Shown here piece by piece: positions 1 to 10,474 of a DNA stretch of 64,000 bases. The notes beneath the pieces are model-generated. The model searched no databases. It saw nothing but the letters and a program-made list of their open reading frames with translations, and was not told the DNA's origin. The DNA is from Pavona decussata (taxonomy: Eukaryota). The position numbers and the translations under genes were made by a program. The stretch covers positions 372,001 to 436,000 of the forward strand of contig CDRNST010000010.1 of the NCBI GenBank assembly GCA_977016875.1, given 5' to 3'. Position 1 is the stretch's first letter. Every line of letters begins with the position of its first letter.

Positions 1-1386
1 ACTGCTACTTCTGCTTCAGAAGAAAGAAGGGATGAGAAGACCTCAGACAAAGATACTGATGTAAAGAAGGAGAAAGAGGGCAGCACAAGTTATGACAAAT
101 CAAGAGCTAATTCACGATCTACAAGGTCACCCCTGCGGGGAAAGATGTCATCACGTGGTGGGGGCCGAGGTGCTGGTGGGTTTGGAAGAAGTCGGAGAGA
201 AGTGGAGCGTCCACCCCGCTTTCAAAAGCAACAGGAACGAGAAAGGGCGAACTTGGGTCGAGGTGTTTCTCGTGGTGATAGACAAAGTGAAGGAAGAGAG
301 AGTGGACCTGGGAGAGGAAGGGGTAGAGGAAGAGGAAGAAGGGAACAGCCTCCAAGAGATTCGCCTGAAGGGCCAGGAATACCAGTTACAGAGAACTGGG
401 ATGAAGAGCCAGGTGATTCTGTTAAGGAGGGGGAGTCTTCAAGAGGTGATAAATCTGGAACTAGGAAGGAGTCTACATCAAGGAGAGGGTTCCCAGCTTC
501 ACGGTCTTCTTCAGACAGGACCAGGAAAGACAAGGGCCGAGAATCTGGTAGCACACGCAACACATCCTCTAGACGAGAGCCTTTTTTAGTGGAAAGGCAG
601 CAGGCAAAAGTTGAAGGTTCCAAGTCTGCCGGTGGGGAACCTCGGGTGCCTTTGCCTGCTGCTAGAAATGGTTTTGGCAAGGATGGAAACCGCAGATCAG
701 ACATGCAAAGTGATGCTCATGGCACTGGACTGGACAACATAAACACGGTGGTTGCTGAGAGTAAAGGTGTAAGAAAGCAAGAAACATCTTTAAGGAAGAC
801 TGACATTCAGCAGTTTGATTTGCACAACATTGCTGGTGTAATCTGTATTGACGACATGACTGATGACGACTCTGATATTTCATCAACTCTCAGTGGCTTT
901 GTTGAAGTGACTTCTCGTCGAACCCAAAAAGAGAACAAGGACAGACAGCGTGAAGAGGAAGAGAGGAGAAAAAAGGCTGATGACCAGAACAGGCAGCGAA
1001 GCAATCAGGCAGGAAATAAAAAGAACCAGTCATCAAAACCACCAAGGTTCAGTAAGCAGCACACACCCCAAGCCAACACACAAAGCAAAGCTCCGGGAGT
1101 ACTTGGAAAATCAATAAACAATGCTGTGTCTGAGGCAGTTGCTGGACTCACCAACACTGCAACCAACAGTAATCCATCCAGTGCAAACTCCACAAAGCGT
1201 AATAGCCCAGTAACTGTTGAAAGGGCAGTATCGCCTCCCCCTCCTCCAGTTTTTAATGCATGGGACAAACCGCTCATTGTTACTCCGGCCAAGCCACCCA
1301 GTGCAGCACCTCTAGTGTCCACATCACTACCTGATCCTCTAGCAGTTGGAAGTGGTAAGCCTTCCTCCACCCGACCTGCTCAGTCG
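1..1386 (+). CDS. PRRC2: PRRC2/BAT2-family protein, internal coding exon (5' end outside window)
   Basis: Open frame from the window start (ORF 145..1557) with RG-rich and PPRF motifs and GFVEVTSRRTQKE/KPPRFSKQ, resembling PRRC2 conserved blocks. Donor CG|GTAAGT at 1387, phase 0. Confidence 0.8.
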
Positions 1387-1694
1387 GTAAGTAAAGTGCC
1401 ATGGATTAAGTTTTCTTGGCTTTGTCTTACTTCCTGTGCAGCTTGTAATAAACCTAACCCTCCAAGAATGAGTGTGGCACTCAGTTCTTTGGTACATATT
1501 CTGAGTATTCTTAAAGCAAAGAAAAAAGAAACATATGATGCTTTCCCCACTGCTTAATTCCCAAACATCTCCAAAAGTGAAAATAAAAGTAAAAGTTTTC
1601 AACATTTTGAAGGGTTTGTGGGACTGAATACTGGAAACTAAACTCGTGGACCCAGTAGTTACATGCAACCATTTCTTTAATGAAAGAGGGATGT

Positions 1695-1832
1695 GCCCCA
1701 CTGGTTAGGGCACTGGGAGAGGTCCTGATTTCACGTCCTCTCTGACCACTTCGATTAATTTCACTGTAGTCCCATGAAAAAATCCCAGGGTGTGCTTGTG
1801 AAAAGGCAACTGGCCAGCCTCCCACTGGTTGG
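1695..1832 (+). mobile_element. Degenerate tRNA-derived SINE in intron
   Basis: TGGTTAGGGCACTGG A-box-like head, a decayed B box, then GCTTGT...CAACTGGCCAGCCTCCCACTGGTTGG. Related to the reverse copy at 14730-14875. Confidence 0.5.
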
Positions 1833-2306
1833 TGTATGTTCTATTTGTAGGGTTGCTTTCACTCATTTATAGCGTGCCCAATTAACACTGCAGTGCTAAA
1901 TACATTGTGAGTAGTTTTGTGTTTAAAGCTGCCATTATTTCACATGCCTCAGTGATCTCAGGCATTTTTTTAGTTTGCTTGCAAAATAGGAATTTAAGTG
2001 ATGTCAGCAGCCTTTCTCCAGTCTAAGGGGAATAAGAAGGGGATCAGTATACATGTATACATGTAAATATACCTTTGAGCCATGGAAAAAGCTGCAAATT
2101 GCCCTTTGCCGTTTCATTATCTGTCCTTCGATTCACTTGCTCTATACACTTGTAATACAAAGTTACGCCATGAAATGCATGGCAACTGGCAGGAAGAATT
2201 ATTGCCAGAAAAACGCACGTTTATACGAGTTTATCGTCTTTATCTTCATTTTGTCCTTGTTTCATAGGACTGATTTTGAGTGTTTTTGTTGAAATTGTGG
2301 CAATAG

Positions 2307-2693
2307 GGAACGGTTATCCCCTCTGCTTCTCCATCGTTGATTGAAGACGCCAGTGTGGATGAGGACTACATTGCAATGACTAAGGAGATTGCCTTACTGG
2401 CACCACCCGAAGAACCTGAGGAGAGTGAAAAACCTACCCGGCCCGTCACCAAGCCCAAAGTTGAACCTCGAGATCAAACTTCTGAGAAGGGAACAAAGCT
2501 TACTGACACCTCAGAAAAAAGGTCCCAGCCCAAACCCCAGCGAGAAAAGCCACCAAGGTTTGACCGGACTGGCAAGCGGAGAGTTGCTGCAAATAGTGAT
2601 GAAACTAAGAAAGAACAATCTGGTGGTGCAAAGGGAAGAAAGAGTAGCCGTGAAAACCTGGGATCTGACAAACTCCAAGCAAAAGCAGCAGGG
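2307..2693 (+). CDS. PRRC2: PRRC2-family coding exon
   Basis: Acceptor AATAG at 2306 and donor GG|GTATGA at 2694. 387 nt, phase 0/0, in frame with ORF 2337..2699; contains another KPPRF motif. Confidence 0.75.
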
Positions 2694-3340
2694 GTATGAA
2701 TTCTGTCAGGGTGATTGGTACATGTAGACTAAACTGTTAATCTGATAAACATGTGCATTAAAATTGGAAGAAGTAGAGACGCTTGGGTGTGAAAGGGTTT
2801 TCAGCTACCTGGATGTGATATGCCTGGAATGCACTGGTCTGGTGATGAATTGAAAGTTACACTTACATATGCATCAATCATAAACTCGGAGAAAAAAAAA
2901 ACACTTTTTGCCATGTTGTCAGATAAGCTGAAGGAGATTTAAAAAATAAGCAAAATCATCATGTTGCCAAATTAGATTTGCAGGTAATTTGCAAAAAGTT
3001 GAGTTTTGAGGGTTTCCTCGCTGGGCCTGCGTGTTACTGTGGTAAACAAACAAAGTCCAAGTGAGACCAAACATTACACTTTTGAGAAATCTTTTATGAT
3101 ATTTTACTCAGGGTTAGTAAAACGAGCAAAACACGCAAACGCACGCGAATTTCCGCGTGTTCCGCTCGCTTTACTGCTATCTCTGAGAGAAATAAGAGAC
3201 TACTGGTCAATAAGCTATTTGTCAATGAATGAAAACTGATACCCAAGTTCTATGATGTGGGACAAAGTTGAACTAAATCAGTAACTTAGAATACAGTATA
3301 CTGCTTACATTGAATACTGACAAAAGTCTGATTTCTGTAG

Positions 3341-3541
3341 GATAACAACTTAAAGGGAAAGATGCCAACATCTAACACTCAGCAGCAGTCAGCCTCAGCT
3401 GAAGAGCAAATCGTTGATGGCCTGGAGACTTCTAAAGAGGTTCAGGAGTCTGAGGAATTTGATGCCACAGCTGTCGGAGACATGGTTACAACAGCTTCAG
3501 ATGAGGGCAGCGAGGAAAAAGAGGATCTGAAGGAGAGTGAG
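3341..3541 (+). CDS. PRRC2: PRRC2-family coding exon (acidic)
   Basis: Acceptor TTTCTGTAG at 3340 and donor AG|GTAAGG at 3542. 201 nt, phase 0/0, in frame with ORF 3362..3658. Confidence 0.8.
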
Positions 3542-3757
3542 GTAAGGAAGTTAATTTATGCGTGTAACGAAATCGAGCATGTGATGTGTTTTGCGTATAC
3601 TGCTCTTGTGAAGTGGTTGGAGAAATACATTTTAACGTTTTTTCTTCAGCCTCAATAAATCATAAATTCTGGACAACTAACTCAACATTTAATGTTATTG
3701 ACAAACTGTTCGGTTAGGATGGAATTTGCTGTTAAAAGAAATCGTTTTGCTTGAACG

Positions 3758-3815
<58 letters not shown>
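3758..3815. repeat. (AAT)n microsatellite
   Basis: Perfect AAT run. Confidence 0.95.
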
Positions 3816-3821
<6 letters not shown>

Positions 3822-4119
3822 GACAACGAGTTTGGGCTTACTTAGTAGTCGATGTAACTGTCTGATGGAAAACTAACAACAACCAAAAACATGCAAACAA
3901 TAGCTTGGACTGGTTTGGCTCTTAGGATGTGCTTTGTGATCCTGAAAGTGTGTCAATGCAAATGAATTCAGACGGTGCATTCGTAGAAATGGACGGTGTA
4001 CGTTCCTTGTACAGGGCCAGTGTGGTATAGTGTAGACCGGTCCAGGTTGGTTGCGTGGGCTTGATCGATGATTGGTGCTTATTGTCTTATTCACAGTTCT
4101 TACCTTTGTTTTCCTATAG

Positions 4120-6861
4120 GAGCAAGAAGCTAAAGACGACTCTGAGAGTGAATCAAGCAGAAAGGACTCCGAACCTGATCTGAACGTGGATTCTACTGAA
4201 AAGAGTGACGATGCAGACAACTTATTCAGTACAGGATCTCTTACGGTAGACATTCGTGAAAGGTCGACTGCCGAAAGACCAGTCAGGGAACCTTCTCCAG
4301 TGTCACCAGCGATTTTTGAAATGTCAAAGAAGATGGAAGCATCTAGGAAGCTATGGGAAGGTGGACTGGGCATCGGACGAACAGGCAATCCAGTAGCTGC
4401 TTGGGAGGAGACGTTACGCACCCCAGCAAGTGTCAGCTCACCAATCGTGGGCATGCCAGTTGTGGAGACTAGCGAATTAAGGTTAAATGATGATCAAGTG
4501 GCTGTGTCTAAATCCCAAGGTGAACTGGATGTGAACCTTAGCAAGACTGATTCTAAACCCTCTGATGGTATAAACTTTAGCAAGAAAGCTGGATCAGGTG
4601 AACAGCAGAATGTCTGTAAAGTAAAGCCCCAGCAACAACAGCAGCCTCCAGTCAAACCTCAGCAGTCATCTTCTATAGTGCCACAAACGACTGACGAGAA
4701 TCGTCCAAGCGAGCTTAATACAGTACCTTTGAATCAGCCTCTTCTAACGCAAGACCAGCTGTTGGCACAACAAGCCATGCCACAGCGTTATGCATTTCCT
4801 TTTGTCAGCCAGTACATGGATTTGCAGCAGAGGCAGTCTTTCCTGCAGCAACAGCAACTTCAGCAGCTTCAACAGACAAACCAACAGGTGACGCCCACTT
4901 TCCCACTCTCTCATGTACAGCAAGTGAACCAGGCACGCTCGTCGTCTTCACCACTCTCCCAAGCTACACAGGATATCTACCAGTCGTCATACCTGCCTGG
5001 TGGGGTCTACTCAGCAGGAAATTTCCAAGGGACTCAACCTTTTGTGTCTATTGCTCTGCTGCCTTCTACCACTACTCAGTCCTACGTCACTTCTACATCA
5101 AGGACTCAGACAACATCTTTAATGGGAATACAGCACCAGCAGCCAAAGACTGCTAGTGGATCTGTCTTCCCGCAAAACGTAAACCAGCAAGGAGGGCAAA
5201 CTATGTACATGCCATTTGACCCCAAAACATTAAGTGGAGGAACACCTTTGTTCAACCTGACCCAACACCCACAGGCAGCCCAGAGACACCTTCTGGGAGC
5301 CCAGGCAGGAATCGTTGGTGAAAATGTAGCTCGGCAGGCAGGGTTTCCCACTGCTCAACCAGCACACCAGCCTTTCCAAGGAGCTTACCCTTTCCAGCAG
5401 AAACAAGGTACATATGATGTCTCGCAGGATATGCAGTTGAAACAAAAAGCATCCGAGCAAACGGAGTTCACGCGTCAGTCGGAACTTGTGAAGCATGTCA
5501 ATGCCAAACCTTTTGAACCTCCAAAGAGATCAACCCCCGGATCAGTATCAACAGGTAATACAGCAATTGGGCCTTTGGTGTCATCATCGTTTGCTCGGAA
5601 TCCAAACATGACGGCTATCCGTCCTAGCCCTGCAGATTTGGGTGGTACGTCACAGAGTCCACCAGTATCCACATCTCTTATTTCAGGCAGACCAGTGTCA
5701 ATGTCGCCGGTCGACCCAGGTGTACCGTTTCCTGGCACCTTGGGAACATTTCCAAAGCACACTGCAATAAGTCAGTTTCAGGTGCAACAACAACCTCAAG
5801 GAGTGCAACCCCAACAGTTCACCCCCTTTCAACAGCAGCCAGTGGGTATTCAGCACACGCTTCAAATCAGACCCCAAGGGCAGCAACAACAGCAAGCTGT
5901 AAATCCGTTACCAGGTGCTGCAGCTACCATTTTGCAAAATCCAGCTGTCATGGCCGCGGCAATGCCAAGGCAACTTATTCGGGCACCAGGCCTTGGTCCA
6001 ATAGCTGTGGGAGGAGCCCAGTCAAGTGCAACTAATCCTCAACGGTTCCCTGCACCCATCCAGCGCCCAATGACAGCATCATTAATGCATGGACTACCTC
6101 ACATGCAGGCCACGCGGGGACCTCGTCCGCAAACAGCATCACCGCAAATGGTGCCTACAAAGCAACAAATCGTGTCAAACAGACCTCAGATGCCGCAGCC
6201 GTCAGTGCCCCACCAGGCGGCTGCCTTTAAGTTAGAACAGCATCACAAGATGTTGGAGCAGACCAGAATGTTCTTCGCTCAACAGGGACAACAACAACAT
6301 CAACAGCAGCAGCAGCAGCAGCAGCAACAACGAGTCCCCCAACAGAACATTCCAGCTGATCAGCAACCGAAAGCTGTGAACAACTCACAAGGAGATAAGC
6401 CAGCCGTTAAAGGTCAAGTACCAAGAGAAACCCACAAACTACAGGACAAGAAAGAAGAAGTAAACCCAAGAAACAGAAAAACCAATTCCGAACAGCCAAA
6501 CAAGATGTCAAAGACAGCCAAAGTAGACTCAAAGCCAGAAGAAAGCAGCAAAGACAAGAACACAAAACAGGATGGTAAAGGTGCTGCTATAAAGAGCGCA
6601 AACAGCGGTAGCAGTAGTAGCAGCCTTGTTCGCATTCAGCCCATGCACATGCCAGCAAGGAACAAGCCAAACAGGCCCCGAGGCCCTCCACGAATGCCTG
6701 GTATGCCTCCAAACAAAGCCAAGCTCTCTGGACGACCAGAGAAAGAAGTCAAAGATACCACAGCATCGGACCAGCCGAGTGAATCCCCAAGCCCCAAGAA
6801 TTCAGATCAGGCGAAAGCGTCCGATGCACAAGTGCCGCCACTTGGTGTGAACAAAGGATGA
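4120..6861 (+). CDS. PRRC2: PRRC2-family terminal coding exon (Q/P-rich low complexity)
   Basis: Acceptor TTTTCCTATAG at 4119, in frame with ORF 4186..6861. KKMEASRKLWE and NVCKVKPQQ match PRRC2 C-terminal blocks. TGA at 6859-6861. Confidence 0.85.
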   Translation, partial: EQEAKDDSESESSRKDSEPDLNVDSTEKSDDADNLFSTGSLTVDIRERSTAERPVREPSPVSPAIFEMSKKMEASRKLWEGGLGIGRTGNPVAAWEETLRTPASVSSPIVGMPVVETSELRLNDDQVAVSKSQGELDVNLSKTDSKPSDGINFSKKAGSGEQQNVCKVKPQQQQQPPVKPQQSSSIVPQTTDENRPSELNTVPLNQPLLTQDQLLAQQAMPQRYAFPFVSQYMDLQQRQSFLQQQQLQQLQQTNQQVTPTFPLSHVQQVNQARSSSSPLSQATQDIYQSSYLPGGVYSAGNFQGTQPFVSIALLPSTTTQSYVTSTSRTQTTSLMGIQHQQPKTASGSVFPQNVNQQGGQTMYMPFDPKTLSGGTPLFNLTQHPQAAQRHLLGAQAGIVGENVARQAGFPTAQPAHQPFQGAYPFQQKQGTYDVSQDMQLKQKASEQTEFTRQSELVKHVNAKPFEPPKRSTPGSVSTGNTAIGPLVSSSFARNPNMTAIRPSPADLGGTSQSPPVSTSLISGRPVSMSPVDPGVPFPGTLGTFPKHTAISQFQVQQQPQGVQPQQFTPFQQQPVGIQHTLQIRPQGQQQQQAVNPLPGAAATILQNPAVMAAAMPRQLIRAPGLGPIAVGGAQSSATNPQRFPAPIQRPMTASLMHGLPHMQATRGPRPQTASPQMVPTKQQIVSNRPQMPQPSVPHQAAAFKLEQHHKMLEQTRMFFAQQGQQQHQQQQQQQQQQRVPQQNIPADQQPKAVNNSQGDKPAVKGQVPRETHKLQDKKEEVNPRNRKTNSEQPNKMSKTAKVDSKPEESSKDKNTKQDGKGAAIKSANSGSSSSSLVRIQPMHMPARNKPNRPRGPPRMPGMPPNKAKLSGRPEKEVKDTTASDQPSESPSPKNSDQAKASDAQVPPLGVNKG
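6280..6330 (+). repeat. CAA/CAG polyglutamine tract within PRRC2 exon
   Basis: Encodes QQGQQQHQQQQQQQQQQ. Confidence 0.9.
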
Positions 6862-7230
6862 ACAGCATCTTACTTGTTTACAGACCGAGTTTTCGGTGAT
6901 TTTAATTTGCCTGCCCAAAGAAAAGTTGTTTTTGTGGTTATCACCACACGGGAAGAACTATATAATCTTACGCGTGATTTTCAGTTCATTGAAAACTTAC
7001 TTGTAATGTTAGTATTGTGACAGGTTTACCTTTCGTGGCAAGCTCGCATAAGCATGTTCTCTGTAATTTTTTTCTTCTCATTGCCGCAACACCTGTAAAT
7101 TAGTCCATTGAATGTTTGTACAGAGGTTTGCAATGAGTTAATTTATTATTAATATTAGGCTTTCTTGAGGTAAAAGCGGTGAGTCATTTCACCCCTGGAA
7201 GTTTCAGCATTTTGTCATGATAATCATACA

Positions 7231-7236
7231 AATAAA
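7231..7236 (+). promoter_or_regulatory. Probable polyadenylation signal of the PRRC2-like gene
   Basis: AATAAA ~370 nt after the stop codon, followed by a T/GT-rich tract at ~7250-7330. Confidence 0.55.
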
Positions 7237-7564
7237 ATCAGGATTCAAGATTGATTTGTTTTTGTCTAAGTTTTATTTAGGTTTTATTTATCGAGGTTTT
7301 TATTTATCGTGCTTGGCTTTGATTTTTGGGAAATTTTTGCGTGCTTCAAATTAGTTGCGAGAATTTTAAACACCGAATGTGGCGTAACTCGCAGTTGTCG
7401 CTGAACGATTTCGCTGTTATTCATATATATGCCAAAGCGTGAAAGAATAAAAAGAAGCAAAAAGAATGGGTTGCGTGTTCACGTCAGAGTAATACGTTCG
7501 TGTTCCTAAATGTGGAGAAGGCGTAGCGAACTCGTGAGGGACAAAGTTATCGTGACTACTTGTT

Positions 7565-8427
7565 ACGCGGAATGCCCGCAGGGCAGGCCGTGTCTAGGTT
7601 TCGGTCGGGTACCTTTTTTTTCTTCGTCGTAGCCACAAATTGACACATTAATTTATGCATTAAAATATGTCCTCCCCTATTTGGGATGTATTGTTCTGAT
7701 TGTCTTCAACAAAAGCAAGCCAATCAAAATCTATCATTCGGGCACATATCACGAGAGAGGGGACCCACTCATCCCTTCCTGTGTGACGTCCGAAATCATC
7801 ATTTGATTTATTTATTAAACCTACATTAAATTCTGCCCTCTCCCAGAAGGGATCTATTGTTCTGATTGTCTTCAACAGAAGCAGCCCAATCAAAATCCAT
7901 TATCGGAGCGTATATCACGAGGGAGGGGACCCACTTATCTCTACTTGTGTGACGTCAAAGCAAGTCATCATTTCGAAAAGTTGTTTTTGTTCAATAGTGG
8001 CCACATGTATGAATTTAAGACTCTGATCTGCCGTTTTTAGAGAGAAAACAAACCTCTTTCAAGCGGTAAATCGAAACAACTTCTAGGTAGTACTCGACAG
8101 TTGAAACGGTGGAAATTGGGAGAGTTCACAGCGAAGAAATTCCGCTTTCAAAAACAGATCGAATAATCAACGCGAAGGATTAGAGCTAGAGCTAGAGGAG
8201 GCCAGACCAGTTCAGCGGGGTCATGACGTTACTGCAGAGTTGTTTCTGGTATGATTCCTAGTAACACAACGATAAGTATCACGCAATATATCTGAATGAA
8301 ACCATTCAGACAATTATTTCAATTGCCAAGGGAGGATAGTTTTTAAATATCTGCAAAAAATACAATGGGGAATAATTGGGGCTGCATTAAGCATTTCGTG
8401 TCAGTGCCATTAGCCGGGCATCTTGTT
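7565..8427. mobile_element. Dispersed ~860-bp non-autonomous element, HINE/Helentron-like (copy 1)
   Basis: Colinear similarity to 57393-58221. Short subterminal inverted repeat ATGCCCG (7572-7578) / CGGGCAT (8415-8421), GCCCGCAGGGC hairpin, and an internal tandem duplication with ~166-bp period. Confidence 0.6.
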
Positions 8428-8847
8428 TGTAGAAAAATATGCCCTGTATTGTAAGTGTGAACTCCATTTGGCTCAAAAATATCCTCAGTCTTTCAACTTG
8501 CGGAAGTACAGTATGTCGATTCAAGTTTTGCAGCCTAGGGGATTGTCGCACTTTAAAATCCTAAAACAAATGACAGAGTATAACATGAAAACCGGAGAAA
8601 CAGGGAGAGTAGAAAACCGAAAATCTTGCCCAACGCTGAGATTTAGGCGGCCTTCAGCTCTAAATTTCGTTACTGCGCACAAGAAGCCTGGCGCAATCTT
8701 CGGTAGAATAAAGAACAACGAGTGCGTTTTCTTTGAATCGTGTAATTTCGCCTCACCTTGGCGTAGATGAAACCTAACGTTTTCGGAAGCTGTTGCGGCG
8801 GTGAAAATTATGAACGATCACATTTTGCGAGGGAGCTCCATGATCTC

Positions 8848-8983
8848 TACCCTGTTAGCAAAGGTTTCTTTCTGGCATGTATGAAGTCGTTCGCGTCTTT
8901 AGTATTTCGTGTAGTTGACTTCACGCGAACGACTTCATACATGCTATAAGACTTGCCAGAGAGAAACCTCCGCTTGCAAAGTA
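8848..8983. mobile_element. 136-bp palindromic MITE with 9-bp TSD (Academ-like)
   Basis: CATGATCTC duplicated at 8839-8847 and 8984-8992. TA...TA termini with imperfect TIRs, and inner arms GCATGTATGAAGTCGTTCGCGT / ACGCGAACGACTTCATACATGC. Confidence 0.7.
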
Positions 8984-9982
8984 CATGATCTCTAGAAAGA
9001 GTAGATGGTAGGTTCTTTTTATGAGCCTGAGTTTACTAAATCATTTTACTATTTACGAATCTCAAGTTTGTGAAAACTAGTAGGCACTGTTTATCTGCGT
9101 TTACTTTTAACTATTTTTTAGCAAATCATGAAAAAATTTAGTGAACACAGACTTGCGAAAATTACAACTTATCAACTTTGTATCCTAGAAGCACGGCGCC
9201 TCCTTTTGCTACTGTACACGTTCTTTGCATCTTGGATTAACCGAGAAACTCGGGTTGCTTAACGGCCTGGTGATGTAAAGGATTTTTGCGCGGTTATGAC
9301 TTGTGTAAAAGACTAAAAGCAAAAGTTGTAAGTGGAATCCAACAAGAAATATTTAATTAGGGGTAACCACGCATTTTTTAGAGATTGGGAGAAAATGCCA
9401 CTTCTTGCTATTTATTTTTCAGCTTCTTAGAACTATAGTTGCATTTATATTATTTTTGAAAAATGCGTGGTTACCTGCAATTTCCTTTTTGGATTCAAAT
9501 AACATTTGCCAAATTAGTCATACACTGAGGGTATGGATGTGCGTAGAAGTTGTCGCCTTCCCGTGAAACCCCGCGCAGCTATTTTCCCGCTCTTTTGTGC
9601 GCCTGCTCGGATGGTTCCGTTCATTCAACTCTTGTCAGTCGCTTGCTCGTGATCAGTGAAGTGGTGGCTTCAAATGCGCTTAAAAACCACAACGGAAACA
9701 CAGGTTAGCTTGTTATTTGTTCCATTTGTTTTACGTTTTTAATTCTTGCTAAACTACTTGGTTTTCGCTGTATTTGTGCGGAATTCGCAACCTATAGTCT
9801 TGCAAAGGTGGTTTCATGGAGTCGGCCTATGAGTTTATCCACATGACAATACATATATAAGCCTATTGGTATCTAATCTTTGCCATGTTTTATATGATCA
9901 TGCGGGAAAAGCACATCTTAGCTGTTTGTTATTAGGGGTTTAGGGAAAGATGGCTATGGGCAGGAGGACCTTGATCTCCTTA

Positions 9983-10474
9983 CTCCTATCAGGAGTCGAA
10001 CCTAAGACCTTCCGATACAAATTCGGATGCTCTACCACTGAGCTACAGGATACTCATGAGAGCTAAGGCCATTAAACTAGGTTCATGGGACAAACATTCT
10101 GCATACTGCTAGGATTTGAATGTCGAACGTGTGGTGTATGAAATAAATGTGATGGTATATTTCCAGCCTGGTGAATGAGTGGCAATGATGTATTATTCTA
10201 GAAAGTGACACAGGCATACTCAGAAAAAAGAAATCTGAGTGCTCCTATCAGGAGTCGAACCTAAGATCTTCCGATTACTAGTTCAGATGCTCTACCACTG
10301 AGCTACAGGAGACTCGTGGGAGCTAAGGCCATTAAACTAGGTTCATGGGACAAACATCCTGCATACTGCTAGGATTTGAATGTCTCAGGAATTGGAAGGT
10401 CTTAGGTTCAACTCCTAATAGGAGCACTCGGATTTCTTTTTTCCGAGTATGCCTGTGTCACTTTCTAGAATAAT
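9983..10474. repeat. Cluster of tRNA-derived repeats: two tandem minus-strand units (~262-bp period) plus one inverted partial unit
   Basis: Minus strand reads AGCTCAGTGGTAGAGCATC...GGTTCGACTCCT (A and B boxes), with loop CTAGTAA (Thr-AGT-like) in the second unit. 10190-10277 is inverted relative to 10390-10474. Confidence 0.75.

Noticed and set aside
1387-1557. C-terminal part of ORF 145..1557 as coding
   Set aside because: It is read-through into the intron after a consensus GTAAGT donor; composition changes abruptly.
9983-10320. Functional tRNA genes
   Set aside because: Copies differ in the anticodon arm, pair poorly and sit inside a larger dispersed repeat; treated as tRNA-derived repeats.
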